From positions 6,915-70,914 of the forward strand of contig DASWII010000066.1 in assembly GCA_036397755.1 (NCBI GenBank): a stretch of 64,000 bases of DNA. Reading direction: 5' to 3'. Positions within the stretch are counted from its first letter, which is position 1; each line of letters begins with the position of its first letter. The notes beneath the pieces were generated by a model. It did not search any database. It saw only the letters and a program-made list of their open reading frames with translations, and was not told the DNA's origin. Of this stretch, positions 1-10,617 are shown in pieces. This DNA comes from Gemmatimonadales bacterium (GTDB taxonomy: Bacteria; Gemmatimonadota; Gemmatimonadetes; Gemmatimonadales; GWC2-71-9). The position numbers were made by a program, and so were the translations under genes.

Positions 1-334
1 CTGCGATGAAGCGATCGAGCATCTGGGGATCCCAGTCCGGGTTGCGCGCAGATCCGACTACCACCACCTGATCCACATTCGCGGCGACCGCGCGGGCCTG
101 TCCGTGTCCGCCGGGTGTTCGACGTCGGAGCAGCGACGTGCGGGGTTGGATCTCTTCGATCGTCACGGTCCCCTCTCCGTGCGCACGGTACCGCACGAGA
201 TCACCGACCAGCACGCGCGTCTCGACGCCGTGTTTGAGCCTCCCCCGCAACGATGATTCGACCAACCCGCCTGCGGTCTGCAGCCGGTACACGCCGCCCA
301 CGCGCGACAGAACCCGACCGACCCCGGTTACCAG
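1..334 (-). CDS. rsgA: ribosome small-subunit-dependent GTPase RsgA, N-terminal part (gene runs off the left edge)
   Basis: Own minus-strand translation gives ..VGRVLSRVGGVYRLQTAGGLVESSLRGRLKHGVETRVLVGDLVRYRAHGEGTVTIEEIQPRTSLLRRRTPG..AVAANVDQVVVVGSARNPDWDPQMLDRFIA, which matches the RsgA OB-fold N-domain and entry into the GTPase domain. It is absent from the ORF track because it is truncated. The start is unclear: CTG at 334 or GTG at 301. Confidence 0.7.
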   Translation of the reverse strand, partial: MVTGVGRVLSRVGGVYRLQTAGGLVESSLRGRLKHGVETRVLVGDLVRYRAHGEGTVTIEEIQPRTSLLRRRTPGGHGQARAVAANVDQVVVVGSARNPDWDPQMLDRFIA

Positions 335-651
335 GTGGGCCGCTCCGCGGCAACCGCAATGGCGGCGTCCAGCAACTCTTTGAGGCGGTAGAGGGTCAGC
401 GCCAGCACGGCGTCTCGCGCGTCCTGCGGCGTCGCGCCACTCGTGATCGTCGGGGACTCCACGTGCCCGATCGGTCGATCGCCGTCGGGTGACCAGCGGA
501 CGAACAGCACCGCCCCTCCGTAGCACCCGTCGTCGTTGGGCGCTTCCTCCACGAGAACCTCCGCGGAATACGGGGCGCCATCACTTCCCTCGAAGGCCGG
601 AGGCCGTTCGTGCTTCCGCAGATAGCCGCCGAGCGTGCTGTCGTCGATCAT
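328..651 (-). CDS. hypothetical protein (107 aa)
   Basis: ORF-track ORF. Its ATG overlaps the stop of the upstream proline dehydrogenase (ATGA at 648-651), and its stop abuts rsgA. No motif recognised. Confidence 0.55.
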   Translation of the reverse strand: MIDDSTLGGYLRKHERPPAFEGSDGAPYSAEVLVEEAPNDDGCYGGAVLFVRWSPDGDRPIGHVESPTITSGATPQDARDAVLALTLYRLKELLDAAIAVAAERPTW

Positions 652-1582
652 CGACCCGACACGAACTCTCGCATGACGCTACCCGCCATGAACGCGACGT
701 TCCCAGGACGTTCAGCGAGGCGGCGCATGAGATAGGGATACCAAGCCGTTCCAAACGGGACGTAGACCCGCATGTTGTATCCATCCGCTCGCAACTGCTC
801 CTGGAGGTCACGGCGCACGCCATACAACATTTGGAATTCGAACCGGTCGGCGCCGACTCCGTATTGTTGGGCGAGGGCCACCGCGCGGTTGATGAGCCGT
901 TCGTCGTGCGTCGCGATAGCCGGATAGTTGCCGTCCTGCAGGAGTCGCTCGAGCAGGCGCACGAATGCCCCAGCGACCTCACGCTGGTCTTGCAACGCGA
1001 TGGCATCGGGCTCCGCGTACGCTCCCTTGCAGAGGCGCACCCGCGCCCGCCGTTGAATCAACTGCTCGACATCGTCGCCCGACCGGTACAGATAGCTCTG
1101 GATCACGACGCCGGTGTGGTCGTGGAACTCCGGCTCGAGGGCGTCGAAGAACAAGCGCAGCGTGCGCTCGGTATAGTCCGATCCCTCCATGTCGATGCGC
1201 ACGAAAGTGTCCAGCTCCCGTGCATGCTCGAGAATCGCCCAGATGTTGCGTCGACAGAGATCGAGATCGATGGCGAGACCGAGTTGGGTCAGCTTGACGG
1301 ACACGTGGCCCTGGATTCCCGACTCGGCGATCGTGTCCAGCGTACGCAGCACCTCGTCACGCGCGTGGAACGTCTCGGGTCCCGTTGCGACGCTCTCGCC
1401 GAGAGCAAATCGAGCCTCCCGGTGATGTCGCGGCCATTCAGGGTGCGGGCCGCCGCAACCGCGTCTGCAACGGTCTCGCCCGCCACGAACCGAGAAGCGA
1501 TACCCCGCCCTGCGCGGTTGCGCTTGAGGAACGCAAAGACACCGGGCTGTTCCGAAAGCCACAGGAACGTGCGTCGCAGCAT
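648..1582 (-). pseudogene. proline dehydrogenase (PRODH/PutA-type), split by a frameshift near 1400-1405
   Basis: The N-terminus MLRRTFLWLSEQPGVFAFLKRNRAGRGIASRFVAGETVADAVAAARTLNGRDITGRLDLL is in ORF 1289..1582. The rest, GESVATGPE...KLTQLGL...RIDMEGSDY...CKGAYAEP...FEFQMLYGVRRDLQ...VYVPFG, is in ORF 648..1790, which is a different frame. The join is at ctcgatttgctc-tc-ggcgagagc. Confidence 0.8.
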
Positions 1583-1590
1583 TGCGGCGG

Positions 1591-3726
1591 TCAGGCGGTC
1601 GGGTAGAACCGCTCGCCGCGGTCGGCCATTCGGACGAGGTTGGCGGCCGGGGCGAAGCGTTCTCCATAGCGGCCCGCCAGTTCCCGCAACGTCTCCACGA
1701 TCTTGTCACAGCCCTGCGCGTCCACGAAACGCAGCGGTCCGCCTCGAAATGGCGGAAACCCGATACCGAACACCGCGCCGATGTCGCCATCGCGCGGACT
1801 GCGGACCACCCCTTCGTCGACAGCCCGGGCCGCTTCGTTGAGCATCGTGTAGACCAAGCGGCGCGTTACATCCACGCGGGGCACATGGGACTCGGAGGCG
1901 GCGCCCACGATTTCGTAGATCGCGAGATCCACTCCTCGCTTCTTTCCACCTTCATACCGATAGAAGCCCCGACTGGACTTGCGTCCGAGGCGGCCCTCAG
2001 AGGTCAAACGCGCCAGGCCCGGCATGGCCGCGAGTCGATCACCAAAAGCCTGCTGGAGCACGTGGGACGCTTTGTGCGCCACATCGAGTCCCACTTCGTC
2101 GAGCAACGTGATCGGTCCCACCGGAAAGCCCCACTTGGTCATCGCTCGATCAATGGCCTCAACCGGTTCCCCTTCGGCGAGTAGTCGACCCGCCTCGTTG
2201 AGGTACGGCGCCAGAATCCGGTTGACCCAGAACCCGGGATGGTCCTCCACCACGATCACCGTCTTCCCCATCCTGCGACCGAAGTCGACTGCCGACACGG
2301 TGACCCAGGGGGCCGTCTGTTCGGTCACGATGATCTCAAGCAGCGGCATCTTCTGCACGGGCGAAAAGAAATGCATGCCCAGCATCCGCTCTGGATGTCG
2401 AGACTGTTCGGCGATGGAACGAATCGGAATCGTGCTCGTGTTGGATGCGATGATACAATCATCCCGCACGTGCTCCTCCAGCGCTCGCAGCACCTCGTGC
2501 TTCACCGCGACGTCTTCGAACACGGCCTCCACCACGAGGTCCACGCGACCGAACCCCTGCCAGTCCGTGCCACCGGACAGCAAGTTCAGCTTGCGGCGAT
2601 ACTCGGGTCGCGTGAGGCGCTTCCGCTTCACCCGGTCTGTGAGAATCGCCTGCGCGGCAGCGAGCCCGCTCCCAACACGAGCGAGATCCGTGTCCTGAAA
2701 GCGCACATCGACATCCGCCTGAAGCACGGCGACGCCTCCCACCGCTGCCCCCATGAACCCCGCGCCTACGATTGCGACGTCGTCTATTGACCTCGGCGGC
2801 GGGGCTTGTCCCCGCACACCCGGATCCTTCTTGAGCGCGGTGGTGGCGAAGAAGATCTCCACTAACCGACGGGACACGTCGCTCACCGCGAGTTCCGCGA
2901 AGAGGCTCGCCTCCATGTCCAGGCCCGCCTCCATGCCGTGCTTCATTCCCTGTTCGACCGCTCGGAGCGCGCCCATTGGTGCCGGATAGTGCCCCCCGGT
3001 CTGTGTCGCCACTGCCTTCCGGCTCATCCCGTACGCCAAGCGCCGCCCTAGGGGATTCCCATCTATGAGGGCATCGCGCAGGCTCCCGCGGCGGCGTTTG
3101 GGCTTCCAGCCTTCTCCCAGCCGGCGCGCGGCATCCAGCGCGGAGCGCTCTAGTACGGCCGGATGGACCAACTCGTCCACGATGCCCTTGCGCAGCGCAC
3201 GTCGCCCGTCGAGGCGCTTCCCCGTCAGGATCAAATCGAGGGCCGCGGAGACACCGATGAGACGGGGCAGCCGCTGGCATCCACCCGCGGCGGGGAGAAT
3301 CCCGATCTGCACCTCCGGCAGTCCGATCTTCGTGGAGGAGTCTTCCGCCGCGATGCGGTAGCTGCAGGCCAGGGCCGTCTCCAACCCACCGCCCAGACAC
3401 GCCCCGTGGATCGCCGCGACGACGGGTTTGCCCAGACGGGCCAGACGGTTCACCAATCGCTGCCCCTCCCGTACGAGCTGATACGCCGCGTCGCGCGACT
3501 CGAGCGCAACGAACTCGTCGATGTCCGCCCCTGCAATGAACGATCCCGGCTTGCCCGAAATCAACACAGCGGCTTTGACGCTGTCGTCCGTGCCGAGCGA
3601 GTCGAGCAGGGCGTCCAGCTCGTCGCGCACCGCCCGATTGATGGTGTTCACCGGCGCGCCCGGCAAGTCGAGAACGATCTTGGCCACGCCATCGAGACGC
3701 TCGACGGTCAGTGCGGGTTCGCTCAT
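1591..3726 (-). CDS. fadJ: fatty-acid oxidation multifunctional protein (enoyl-CoA hydratase / 3-hydroxyacyl-CoA dehydrogenase)
   Basis: It has a crotonase N-domain (MSEPALTVERLDGVAKIVLD..AGADI..) and a 3-HCDH domain (VAIVGAGFMGAAV..). The start at 3726 was chosen because it forms an ATGA overlap with the thiolase stop. The longer ORF extension to 3951 overlaps the thiolase. Confidence 0.9.
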   Translation of the reverse strand: MSEPALTVERLDGVAKIVLDLPGAPVNTINRAVRDELDALLDSLGTDDSVKAAVLISGKPGSFIAGADIDEFVALESRDAAYQLVREGQRLVNRLARLGKPVVAAIHGACLGGGLETALACSYRIAAEDSSTKIGLPEVQIGILPAAGGCQRLPRLIGVSAALDLILTGKRLDGRRALRKGIVDELVHPAVLERSALDAARRLGEGWKPKRRRGSLRDALIDGNPLGRRLAYGMSRKAVATQTGGHYPAPMGALRAVEQGMKHGMEAGLDMEASLFAELAVSDVSRRLVEIFFATTALKKDPGVRGQAPPPRSIDDVAIVGAGFMGAAVGGVAVLQADVDVRFQDTDLARVGSGLAAAQAILTDRVKRKRLTRPEYRRKLNLLSGGTDWQGFGRVDLVVEAVFEDVAVKHEVLRALEEHVRDDCIIASNTSTIPIRSIAEQSRHPERMLGMHFFSPVQKMPLLEIIVTEQTAPWVTVSAVDFGRRMGKTVIVVEDHPGFWVNRILAPYLNEAGRLLAEGEPVEAIDRAMTKWGFPVGPITLLDEVGLDVAHKASHVLQQAFGDRLAAMPGLARLTSEGRLGRKSSRGFYRYEGGKKRGVDLAIYEIVGAASESHVPRVDVTRRLVYTMLNEAARAVDEGVVRSPRDGDIGAVFGIGFPPFRGGPLRFVDAQGCDKIVETLRELAGRYGERFAPAANLVRMADRGERFYPTA

Positions 3727-5015
3727 GAACGCTCCAGCACCATGGCGAACCCCATCCCGCCTTGCGCGCACACGGAGATCAAGCCGAACTGCACATCGCG
3801 TCGCTTCATCTCGTTCGCCAATGTGAGCGTGATGCGTGCGCCGGTGGCGCCAAACGGGTGCCCGATCGCAATCGAGCCCCCCATGACGTTCAACGTGTTC
3901 CAGTCGATCTCCCCGACGGGATCCTGCCGCCCAAGCCGGTTCATGGCCCACGTACGCGACTCAAAGGCCTGAATGTTCGACAGGACCTGCGCCGCAAACG
4001 CCTCATGCATCTCCACGAGCCCCAACTCGGACCAGGGAATACGCGCGCGATCGAGCGCCTTGGGGACGGCAAACGCCGGACCCATGAGCAGCTGCTCGCC
4101 GGGATCCAGCGCCGCAACCGCGTATGATCGGATGAACGCCAGCGGCTCGTATCCCAACGCCCGCGCCGCCTCGTCGCTCATGAGTATCACAGCAGCGGCG
4201 CCGTCTGTGAGCGGCGAAGCGTTCCCCGCGGTAACCGACCCGTAGCGACGGTCGAACACCGGCTTGAGCGCCGCGAGTTGCTCGATACTGGAATCGGACC
4301 GCACACCGTTGTCGCGCGTCACCGGGTCGGCGCCGGCGACGAACACCGGCGCGATCTCCGCCGTGAGTCGCCCATCTTCGCTGCCGGCGTGGGCGAGCCG
4401 GTGACTCCGCAAGGCGAACTGGTCCTGCGCGTCTCGGCCGATCCCGTTCAGCTTCGCCATCTTCTCTGCCGACTGCCCCATCGTTTCACCGGTGGACGGT
4501 TCCGCAATCGCCGGCGTGACCGGTTTCAAGTCCCGTAGGCGGAACTGCCCAAGCAGGCTTACACGCTGGGCGATCGACCTCGCTCGACTCAGGGCGACCA
4601 GGAACTCCGCAAATCGCTTGGAGTGCTGGATCGGGACATCCGAGAGGCTCTCGGCACCGCCCGCCACCACCACATTAGCGCGTCCCGCGGCGATCTGGTC
4701 GCTGCCGATGGCGATCGCGGTGTTGGCCGAGGCGCAGGCACGATTGACGGACGCCGCCGGAATGTGCGCCGGGAACTGCGGCAGGAGGCTGACCTCCCTC
4801 GCGAGGTTGGGAGCGAGCACACTCGGAACGACCTGGCCGAAGTACATCTCGTCCACAGTCTTCCCGTCGAGGTTGGCGCGGTGGACGAGCTCGACGACGG
4901 CGCGGTGTGCGAGATCGACGGCTGGAACATCCTTTAGCACCGTGCCGGCCTTGCAGAACGGGGTCCGACACCCCCCGACGACAGCGACCCGTCGCCCATT
5001 CGAAGTGACCGACAT
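3723..5015 (-). CDS. fadI: acetyl-CoA C-acyltransferase (3-ketoacyl-CoA thiolase, FadI-like)
   Basis: Thiolase signatures are present: RRVAVVGGCRTPF, NRACASANTAI, GGMGFAMVLE. The thiolase-then-hydratase gene order resembles fadIJ. An alternative start lies at 5045. Confidence 0.9.
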   Translation of the reverse strand: MSVTSNGRRVAVVGGCRTPFCKAGTVLKDVPAVDLAHRAVVELVHRANLDGKTVDEMYFGQVVPSVLAPNLAREVSLLPQFPAHIPAASVNRACASANTAIAIGSDQIAAGRANVVVAGGAESLSDVPIQHSKRFAEFLVALSRARSIAQRVSLLGQFRLRDLKPVTPAIAEPSTGETMGQSAEKMAKLNGIGRDAQDQFALRSHRLAHAGSEDGRLTAEIAPVFVAGADPVTRDNGVRSDSSIEQLAALKPVFDRRYGSVTAGNASPLTDGAAAVILMSDEAARALGYEPLAFIRSYAVAALDPGEQLLMGPAFAVPKALDRARIPWSELGLVEMHEAFAAQVLSNIQAFESRTWAMNRLGRQDPVGEIDWNTLNVMGGSIAIGHPFGATGARITLTLANEMKRRDVQFGLISVCAQGGMGFAMVLERS

Positions 5016-5087
5016 CGTGCGAAAGCTAGCCGGTGCTCGCTGCACCTGCTAGGATGAGTTCACGGTGGTGCGGCGCGGCGCGCGGAC

Positions 5088-5606
5088 CTAGGCGCTCGGG
5101 CGCCGAGCCAGGATGCTCCCGACCGCCATCGGTCGGCCGTCGAGCATTTCGATGACCTCACGCGCAAGCACGATTTCGAAGGGGAGCACGAGAGTCCACA
5201 ACTCGCAGGGTTTCAGCAGGTGTTCGTCGGACGTCGGGCCCCAACCCAATTCACGTTGCTGCTCGGAGAATGTTTCCGCCATGAAATATCCACCCGGACG
5301 AACCGCATCGAGGAACGTCGACATCCGTGCCCGATCGAGGTAGTTGAACATCATGACGAGGTCGAAGGGACCCTCCGGAAGCGGATCACCGCTGAGATCT
5401 CGCCGCATCCACTCGATGGGCAGGCGCGCCTTCTTGGCCGCTTGGTCTGCCTGTTCCAGTGCGGCATCGTCGAAATCCACGCCAATCACCTTGGCCCCGC
5501 GCCCGGCTGCCGCAATCGCGTGCCGGCCTGAGCCGCAGGCAATATCGAGGACGCGCACGCCTGGCGCGATGACTCCCGCGTGCCACTGAAACCACGTACT
5601 GGGCAT
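5088..5606 (-). CDS. class I SAM-dependent methyltransferase
   Basis: Motif I is VLDIACGSGRHAIAAAGRGAKVIGVDFD. An internal ATG at 5606 was chosen, because the N-terminal 76 aa of the ORF-track ORF are low-complexity and overlap glpD. Confidence 0.75.
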   Translation of the reverse strand: MPSTWFQWHAGVIAPGVRVLDIACGSGRHAIAAAGRGAKVIGVDFDDAALEQADQAAKKARLPIEWMRRDLSGDPLPEGPFDLVMMFNYLDRARMSTFLDAVRPGGYFMAETFSEQQRELGWGPTSDEHLLKPCELWTLVLPFEIVLAREVIEMLDGRPMAVGSILARRPSA

Positions 5607-5634
5607 CCCCAGATGCTCGGGTCCTGACACGATC

Positions 5635-7302
5635 GTGGACGCTCCTTTTTCTCGCGCGGTTCGAGCCGCGGCCCTCATGGAGCTCGCAGCCGAGCCAGTC
5701 GACCTGCTCGTTATCGGCGCCGGGATCACCGGTGCCGGGATCGCACGTGACGCGGCGATGCGCGGGATGCGCACGGCTCTCGTCGACAAAAGCGACTTCG
5801 GGTCCGGAACCAGCTCCCGATCGTCACGGCTCATCCACGGTGGCCTACGCTACCTCGAGCACGGGCACCTGCGTCTCGTGTTCGAAGCCAGTCGCGAGCG
5901 CCGGATCCTGCTCCGCATCGCCCCGCACCTTGTCTGGCCCCGCTCCTTCATCGTGCCCGTACACCGCGGCTCGCGGCTGCCCCTATGGAAGCTGGCCGCC
6001 GGCCTGCTGCTCTACGATCTGCTGGCCACCTTCCGGAATGTGCGCTCCCATGAGATGCTCGGCAAGCGTGCGTTGCGACGAGCCGAGCCGGGCCTCAGGT
6101 CGGGAGGACTGCGAGGTGGAGGGCGGTACTATGACGCACAGTGCGACGATGCCCGACTGACCCTCGCGAATGTCCGCGACGCACACCGACACGGCGCCCT
6201 GGTGGCGAACTATGTACGGGTCGAGCGTCTCGAAACCGCCGACGGGCGGGTTGGCGGCGCACACGTCGAGGATCTCACGACGGGGGCGCGGCTTGCGATC
6301 CGGGCCCGCGTCGTGGTGAATGCCACCGGGCCGTGGTCGGATGCGCTTCGCGGAACAGACGAACAGGGACCTCAGCTTTGCCTGAGCAAAGGTGCACACG
6401 TAATCGTGCCCCGGTGGCGCCTGGGCAACAACGAGGCCCTCACCCTCACGTCGCCCCTCGACGGACGGGTCGTGTTCGTCGTTCCCGTAGGTGACTTCAG
6501 CTACATCGGGACGACCGAGACCACCGACGACACCAATCCCGATGCGATCCGCGCCACCGGGGCGGACGTGATCTACCTGCTGCGCTCCGCGAACGCGTTC
6601 TTTCCGGAGGCGCGCCTCACGCCAGAGGACGTGCAAGCCAGTTGGGCTGGCGTGCGCCCGCTGGCGCGAGCAGGAGCCACGGATCACCCGGGGTCGGTGT
6701 CACGAGAGCACCGGATTCTCGAGAGTGGTCACGGCCTGCTTTCCATCGTGGGAGGCAAGCTCACCACATATCGGGTGATGGCCGCTGAGGTGGTGGATCG
6801 GGTTGCGCGACGGCTTCATGAGTTGGACGGCCGTCCGGTGCCTCCACGAGCAGCCACCGACCGTGAACCGCTTCCGGGTGGCGGGTCGCGGGATCTCGAC
6901 ATCCTGGTTGACACAGCGACCCAGGAGGGCATCCCGCGGGCAACGGCCGAGTATCTGGTGCGCTGTTATGGGAGCGAAACCCCGGCCGTTGTGCGCCTTG
7001 CAAAATCGGATCCGAAGCTCGCTCGCCCGGTCGTGCCAAAGCGCCCCGTCATTTGGGCGCAGCTTCTGTATGCTATGCGCCGGGAGATGGCCCTGACGCT
7101 CGGCGATCTCTTCATCCGTCGCACCAGCCTCTACTACGAAGCGCCCGACCATGGACTCGAGGCGGCCGCCGAAGTCGCACGGCTGGCCACGGCGGAAGCC
7201 GACTGGGACACCGAACGCTGCGAAGCGGAACTCGCCGCCTACCGGCAACAAGTGGAGACGATGCTGCGGTTCCGCGCCGAACTCTCAGGTGACGCGGTCT
7301 AG
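5635..7302 (+). CDS. glpD: FAD-dependent glycerol-3-phosphate dehydrogenase
   Basis: The FAD-binding motif is [38 protein letters not shown], and the protein has GlpD-like length. An alternative ATG start lies at 5677. Confidence 0.85.
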   Translation: MDAPFSRAVRAAALMELAAEPVDLLVIGAGITGAGIARDAAMRGMRTALVDKSDFGSGTSSRSSRLIHGGLRYLEHGHLRLVFEASRERRILLRIAPHLVWPRSFIVPVHRGSRLPLWKLAAGLLLYDLLATFRNVRSHEMLGKRALRRAEPGLRSGGLRGGGRYYDAQCDDARLTLANVRDAHRHGALVANYVRVERLETADGRVGGAHVEDLTTGARLAIRARVVVNATGPWSDALRGTDEQGPQLCLSKGAHVIVPRWRLGNNEALTLTSPLDGRVVFVVPVGDFSYIGTTETTDDTNPDAIRATGADVIYLLRSANAFFPEARLTPEDVQASWAGVRPLARAGATDHPGSVSREHRILESGHGLLSIVGGKLTTYRVMAAEVVDRVARRLHELDGRPVPPRAATDREPLPGGGSRDLDILVDTATQEGIPRATAEYLVRCYGSETPAVVRLAKSDPKLARPVVPKRPVIWAQLLYAMRREMALTLGDLFIRRTSLYYEAPDHGLEAAAEVARLATAEADWDTERCEAELAAYRQQVETMLRFRAELSGDAV

Positions 7303-8444
7303 TCATCAACGGGAAGCAGGGCAGCGCCTTGCGCCCGCCGGTCGCGGAAATCTCTGGACTGCTCGTAGGCCTGCCGTAGATCTCGGATGAGCTCCGCTCG
7401 CCGATCGTAGAGTCGTCGCGGGGTCCGCGGTGCGCACTTGGCAAGCGCATAGGACGCGACGATCGGCAGAGCGATGGTGCTATCGCAGTAGCACACGACG
7501 GCGTCCGGTAGCTGGTCGGGATCCACTTTCCCCCAACTGACCGCCTCCCCAGGTGTCGCCCCGGAAAGCCCCCCCGTGTCGGATCGTGCGTCCGTGATCT
7601 GGAGGTAGTAATCGTGCCCCTTCTCCTCGATACCGAGTACCTCTTGAATCTGGGGCTCCGTCTGCAACACGAAGTTCTTGGGACTCCCGCCACCGACAAT
7701 GAACACGCCACTCTGGCCACCCTTGCGCTTCGCGTCCAACACGATCGCGGCCGTTTCATTCACGTCAGCGGACACGTCGTAGGCGATGGCGTGCCCTCCC
7801 AACGCGAGTTCGGCCACATTCATTCCAATCGATGAGTCGCCGGGAGACGACGTGTACAACGGCACTCCGTACTCGTGCGCCGCCGCCACCAAGGACTTGT
7901 GCGTGAGTCCGAGCGCTCGCTCCCGCTCCCGCACATACGCCCCGAGCCGGAAGTGGTATTCGGCCGAACTCATGGGCTTTTGGAACTCCGGCAGCTTGCT
8001 CACTTCTCGGAGGAACTCGTCCGTCTTCAACAACACGGCGTAGTCAAAGAACACATCGTAAATCCGCACCACGCCGTGTTCGCGGAGTTCGACGTCGTCC
8101 GCCACGTGCGTTCCGCGATGCATGGAGAATCCCAATGGAAAGTGCAGGTCGTGATACAGGTTCGCGCCGGTGGACACGATCCAGTCGACAAAGCCCGCCT
8201 CGATCAGTGGGATAATGGTCGACATGCCGATCCCGGCCGGCGTCATCGCCCCCGTAATGCTCATGCCCACCGTGCACGTCTCATCCAGCATGCGCGTCGT
8301 GAAGAGCTGGCACGCCTCGCGCAACCGGCCGGCGTTGTACGCGAAGAACGCACCGTCCACCAGTTCCGCGACACTCTCACCACCCTTCAGAGGCTTCGGG
8401 TTGATCCGCTTTCCAGCGAGGTACTGCCGCTTGTTCGCAGTCAT
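7299..8444 (-). CDS. deoxyhypusine synthase family protein (bacterial DHS-like / homospermidine-synthase-like)
   Basis: Family motifs are [24 protein letters not shown] and [11 protein letters not shown]. The start at 8444 lies 1 nt after the upstream stop. Confidence 0.8.
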   Translation of the reverse strand: MTANKRQYLAGKRINPKPLKGGESVAELVDGAFFAYNAGRLREACQLFTTRMLDETCTVGMSITGAMTPAGIGMSTIIPLIEAGFVDWIVSTGANLYHDLHFPLGFSMHRGTHVADDVELREHGVVRIYDVFFDYAVLLKTDEFLREVSKLPEFQKPMSSAEYHFRLGAYVRERERALGLTHKSLVAAAHEYGVPLYTSSPGDSSIGMNVAELALGGHAIAYDVSADVNETAAIVLDAKRKGGQSGVFIVGGGSPKNFVLQTEPQIQEVLGIEEKGHDYYLQITDARSDTGGLSGATPGEAVSWGKVDPDQLPDAVVCYCDSTIALPIVASYALAKCAPRTPRRLYDRRAELIRDLRQAYEQSRDFRDRRAQGAALLPVDD

Positions 8445-8445
8445 T

Positions 8446-9216
8446 TCACCGGACCTTTCCACCGCCATCCAGCACGGCACGGCGTTCTTCAGCCTCGACG
8501 ACGATCCTGACCACTTCCTTGGGGTCGTCAACAATATGGAACAGTGTCAAGTCCTCGCGTGAGATCTTCCCCTCTGCCGCCACGCGCGTCGTGAGCCAAT
8601 CCACGAGGGGCCGCCAATAGTCTGACCCAACCAGAATGATCGGCGTGTCCCAGATCTTCTTGGTTTGGACGAGCGTAAGCGATTCGAACAGCTCGTCCAT
8701 CGTGCCGAACCCTCCGGGAAAGAATACGAAAGCACACGAGTACTTCACGAGCATCGTCTTACGCACGAAGAAGTACCGGAAATGGACGACGCGGTCGAGA
8801 TAAGGATTGGCCCCCTGCTCCTGTGGCAACTCGATGTTGAGCCCGATGGAGAGGGTGCCCGCCTCGCGAGCGCCACGATTGGCAGCCTCCATGATCCCAG
8901 GCCCAGCGCCCGTCAGCACCGGGAACCCGGCCTCTCCCAACAGGTGTGCGGTCATGATCGCGACCGTGTAGTAGGGATCATCGGAGGGCGTTCGGGCGGA
9001 TCCGAAGATCGAGACGGCCGGCGCGAGGTCAGCCAGTTCCTCGAAGCCCTGCACGAACTCTCCCAGAATCCTCAGAGCTCTCCAAGGATCGGTATGGGTG
9101 AATGAGCGCCGCTCGGTAAACCGCGGAACCTCGAGCAACCGCTCGTCCGCCGTGAGGCGCTCGCTCGGACGAACCGTTTCAGGTGGCGAGGATTTCGATG
9201 GCTGCCGCATAGTCAT
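8446..9216 (-). CDS. LOG family protein (TIGR00730 Rossmann fold; cytokinin riboside 5'-monophosphate phosphoribohydrolase-like)
   Basis: It carries the [12 protein letters not shown] (PGGxGTxxE) motif and [15 protein letters not shown]. The start codon is uncertain (9216 or 9210). Confidence 0.8.
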   Translation of the reverse strand: MTMRQPSKSSPPETVRPSERLTADERLLEVPRFTERRSFTHTDPWRALRILGEFVQGFEELADLAPAVSIFGSARTPSDDPYYTVAIMTAHLLGEAGFPVLTGAGPGIMEAANRGAREAGTLSIGLNIELPQEQGANPYLDRVVHFRYFFVRKTMLVKYSCAFVFFPGGFGTMDELFESLTLVQTKKIWDTPIILVGSDYWRPLVDWLTTRVAAEGKISREDLTLFHIVDDPKEVVRIVVEAEERRAVLDGGGKVR

Positions 9217-10330
9217 CCGGTACGTTGTAGAAGAACGGTGAGAGGCGCACGTGCCCCGGTCGCGCGTCGACGATGATCCCCGCATCCCGGAGTTTCTCCA
9301 CGGCGGCTCCAGGGTCAGGATGCCGGACCATCACGATCCCCGACCGCTCCTGCGGTCGGGCCGCCGTCGTGAGGGTCAGTCCGGCTCCCAGCGCTCGTGC
9401 AATCAGATCCTCGGTCAAGTTCGCTGTGGCGTCCCGCAAATGACCCGTTCCAATCTCCAGAACGATCTCCAGCCCTCCGCGCTGCGCGTAGACCGCTGCA
9501 AGTGCCGGTGTTCCGAGCTCGAATCGCCGGGCATCGGCGTGCCACTCGATGTGACTGGCATCGAAGGCGAATTGCCGTGCGTTGGCAAACCACCCCGTGA
9601 CGGACGGTGTCAGGGTGGAGATGAGCTCGGAGCGGACGTACAGGAATACAATACCCGGCCCACCGAGGAGCCACTTGAGACCGCCCGCGCACAACGCGTC
9701 CACACCGAGTGCGCGAACATCCACCGGGAGTTGCCCGACGCTCTGATAGGCGTCGACAAAACACAGCGCCCCTCGACGGTGGGCCACCTCCGCCAGCGCC
9801 GCGATATCCTGAATCGCGCCTGTCGTGAAATAGACGTGGGAGGTCGCCACCAGCGCGGTCCGCTCGTCCACGGCGTCGGCGATCATCTCGATCGGTACCG
9901 TTACGCCATCCGGACTCTCGACAACGACGACTTCGACGCCCGCGGCCTGCTTCGCAAGCCACTGGTATGGCACCGTGGGAAAATCCAGATTCGTCGTGAC
10001 GACCTTCGGCCGCGCCGTATAGTCGAGCAGTCCCGCGAGTACGGCCGTGGCCGAGGAAACCGACGCATGTAATGCGATCTCGGTGGGCGAGGCATTCACG
10101 ACGGCAGCGTATCCCGCACGCAGGCCTGCGAGCGCATCCCACCACACGTCGTACCACGCGGAGGCACCGCACGCGTCCCAGATATCGAGATAGGCGTTCA
10201 CCTCTCGCCGTGAACGATCGGAAAGCGCCCCGAGGGAGCACGTGTTGAGGTAGACGGAGTCACGGAAGATCGGAAACTCGCCCCGATATGCCGTCAGGTC
10301 CCGTGACTCGCTGACGTCCGCCGCGCGCAT
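9179..10330 (-). CDS. aminotransferase class V-fold PLP-dependent enzyme (kynureninase/CsdA-like)
   Basis: It has FPIF..VYLNTCSLGA and a putative PLP-lysine context AGGLKWLLGGPG. The start at MRAADV (10330) was chosen. Confidence 0.7.
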   Translation of the reverse strand: MRAADVSESRDLTAYRGEFPIFRDSVYLNTCSLGALSDRSRREVNAYLDIWDACGASAWYDVWWDALAGLRAGYAAVVNASPTEIALHASVSSATAVLAGLLDYTARPKVVTTNLDFPTVPYQWLAKQAAGVEVVVVESPDGVTVPIEMIADAVDERTALVATSHVYFTTGAIQDIAALAEVAHRRGALCFVDAYQSVGQLPVDVRALGVDALCAGGLKWLLGGPGIVFLYVRSELISTLTPSVTGWFANARQFAFDASHIEWHADARRFELGTPALAAVYAQRGGLEIVLEIGTGHLRDATANLTEDLIARALGAGLTLTTAARPQERSGIVMVRHPDPGAAVEKLRDAGIIVDARPGHVRLSPFFYNVPDDYAAAIEILAT

Positions 10331-10371
10331 GTGCGCCAATATACCGGTCTGATGGAGGACGGATAGCTCGG

Positions 10372-10617
10372 TCAGCGCGCGCGAACGGCTCGCCGGACCA
10401 GGGAGTCGACGCTGGCCGCCGCCCATGCCCCTTCAAGGACAATGAACCCCAGCTGGCGATCGAGGATCGCCACTACCAGCAGCAGCAGTGATCCGATAAG
10501 GTTGAAGGAGAGATACGTCGCGCCGTCTCGCGGCCAGTGCTTGCGCTGGAGTGCGACGTATGCAATCAGGATCATCGCGGCACCGACAACTGAGACGCCT
10601 TGGATCGTCCAATGCAT
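10372..10617 (-). CDS. small integral membrane protein (81 aa, about 2-3 TM)
   Basis: It has hydrophobic segments GVSVVGAAMILIAYVAL and LSFNLIGSLLLLVVAIL. No function is inferred. Confidence 0.5.
   Translation of the reverse strand: MHWTIQGVSVVGAAMILIAYVALQRKHWPRDGATYLSFNLIGSLLLLVVAILDRQLGFIVLEGAWAAASVDSLVRRAVRAR

Noticed and set aside
1583-1790. The N-terminal extension of ORF 648..1790 as the true start of proline dehydrogenase.
   Set aside because: The extension overlaps the 3' end of fadJ and has no PRODH similarity. The genuine PRODH N-terminus is in the other frame (1289..1582).
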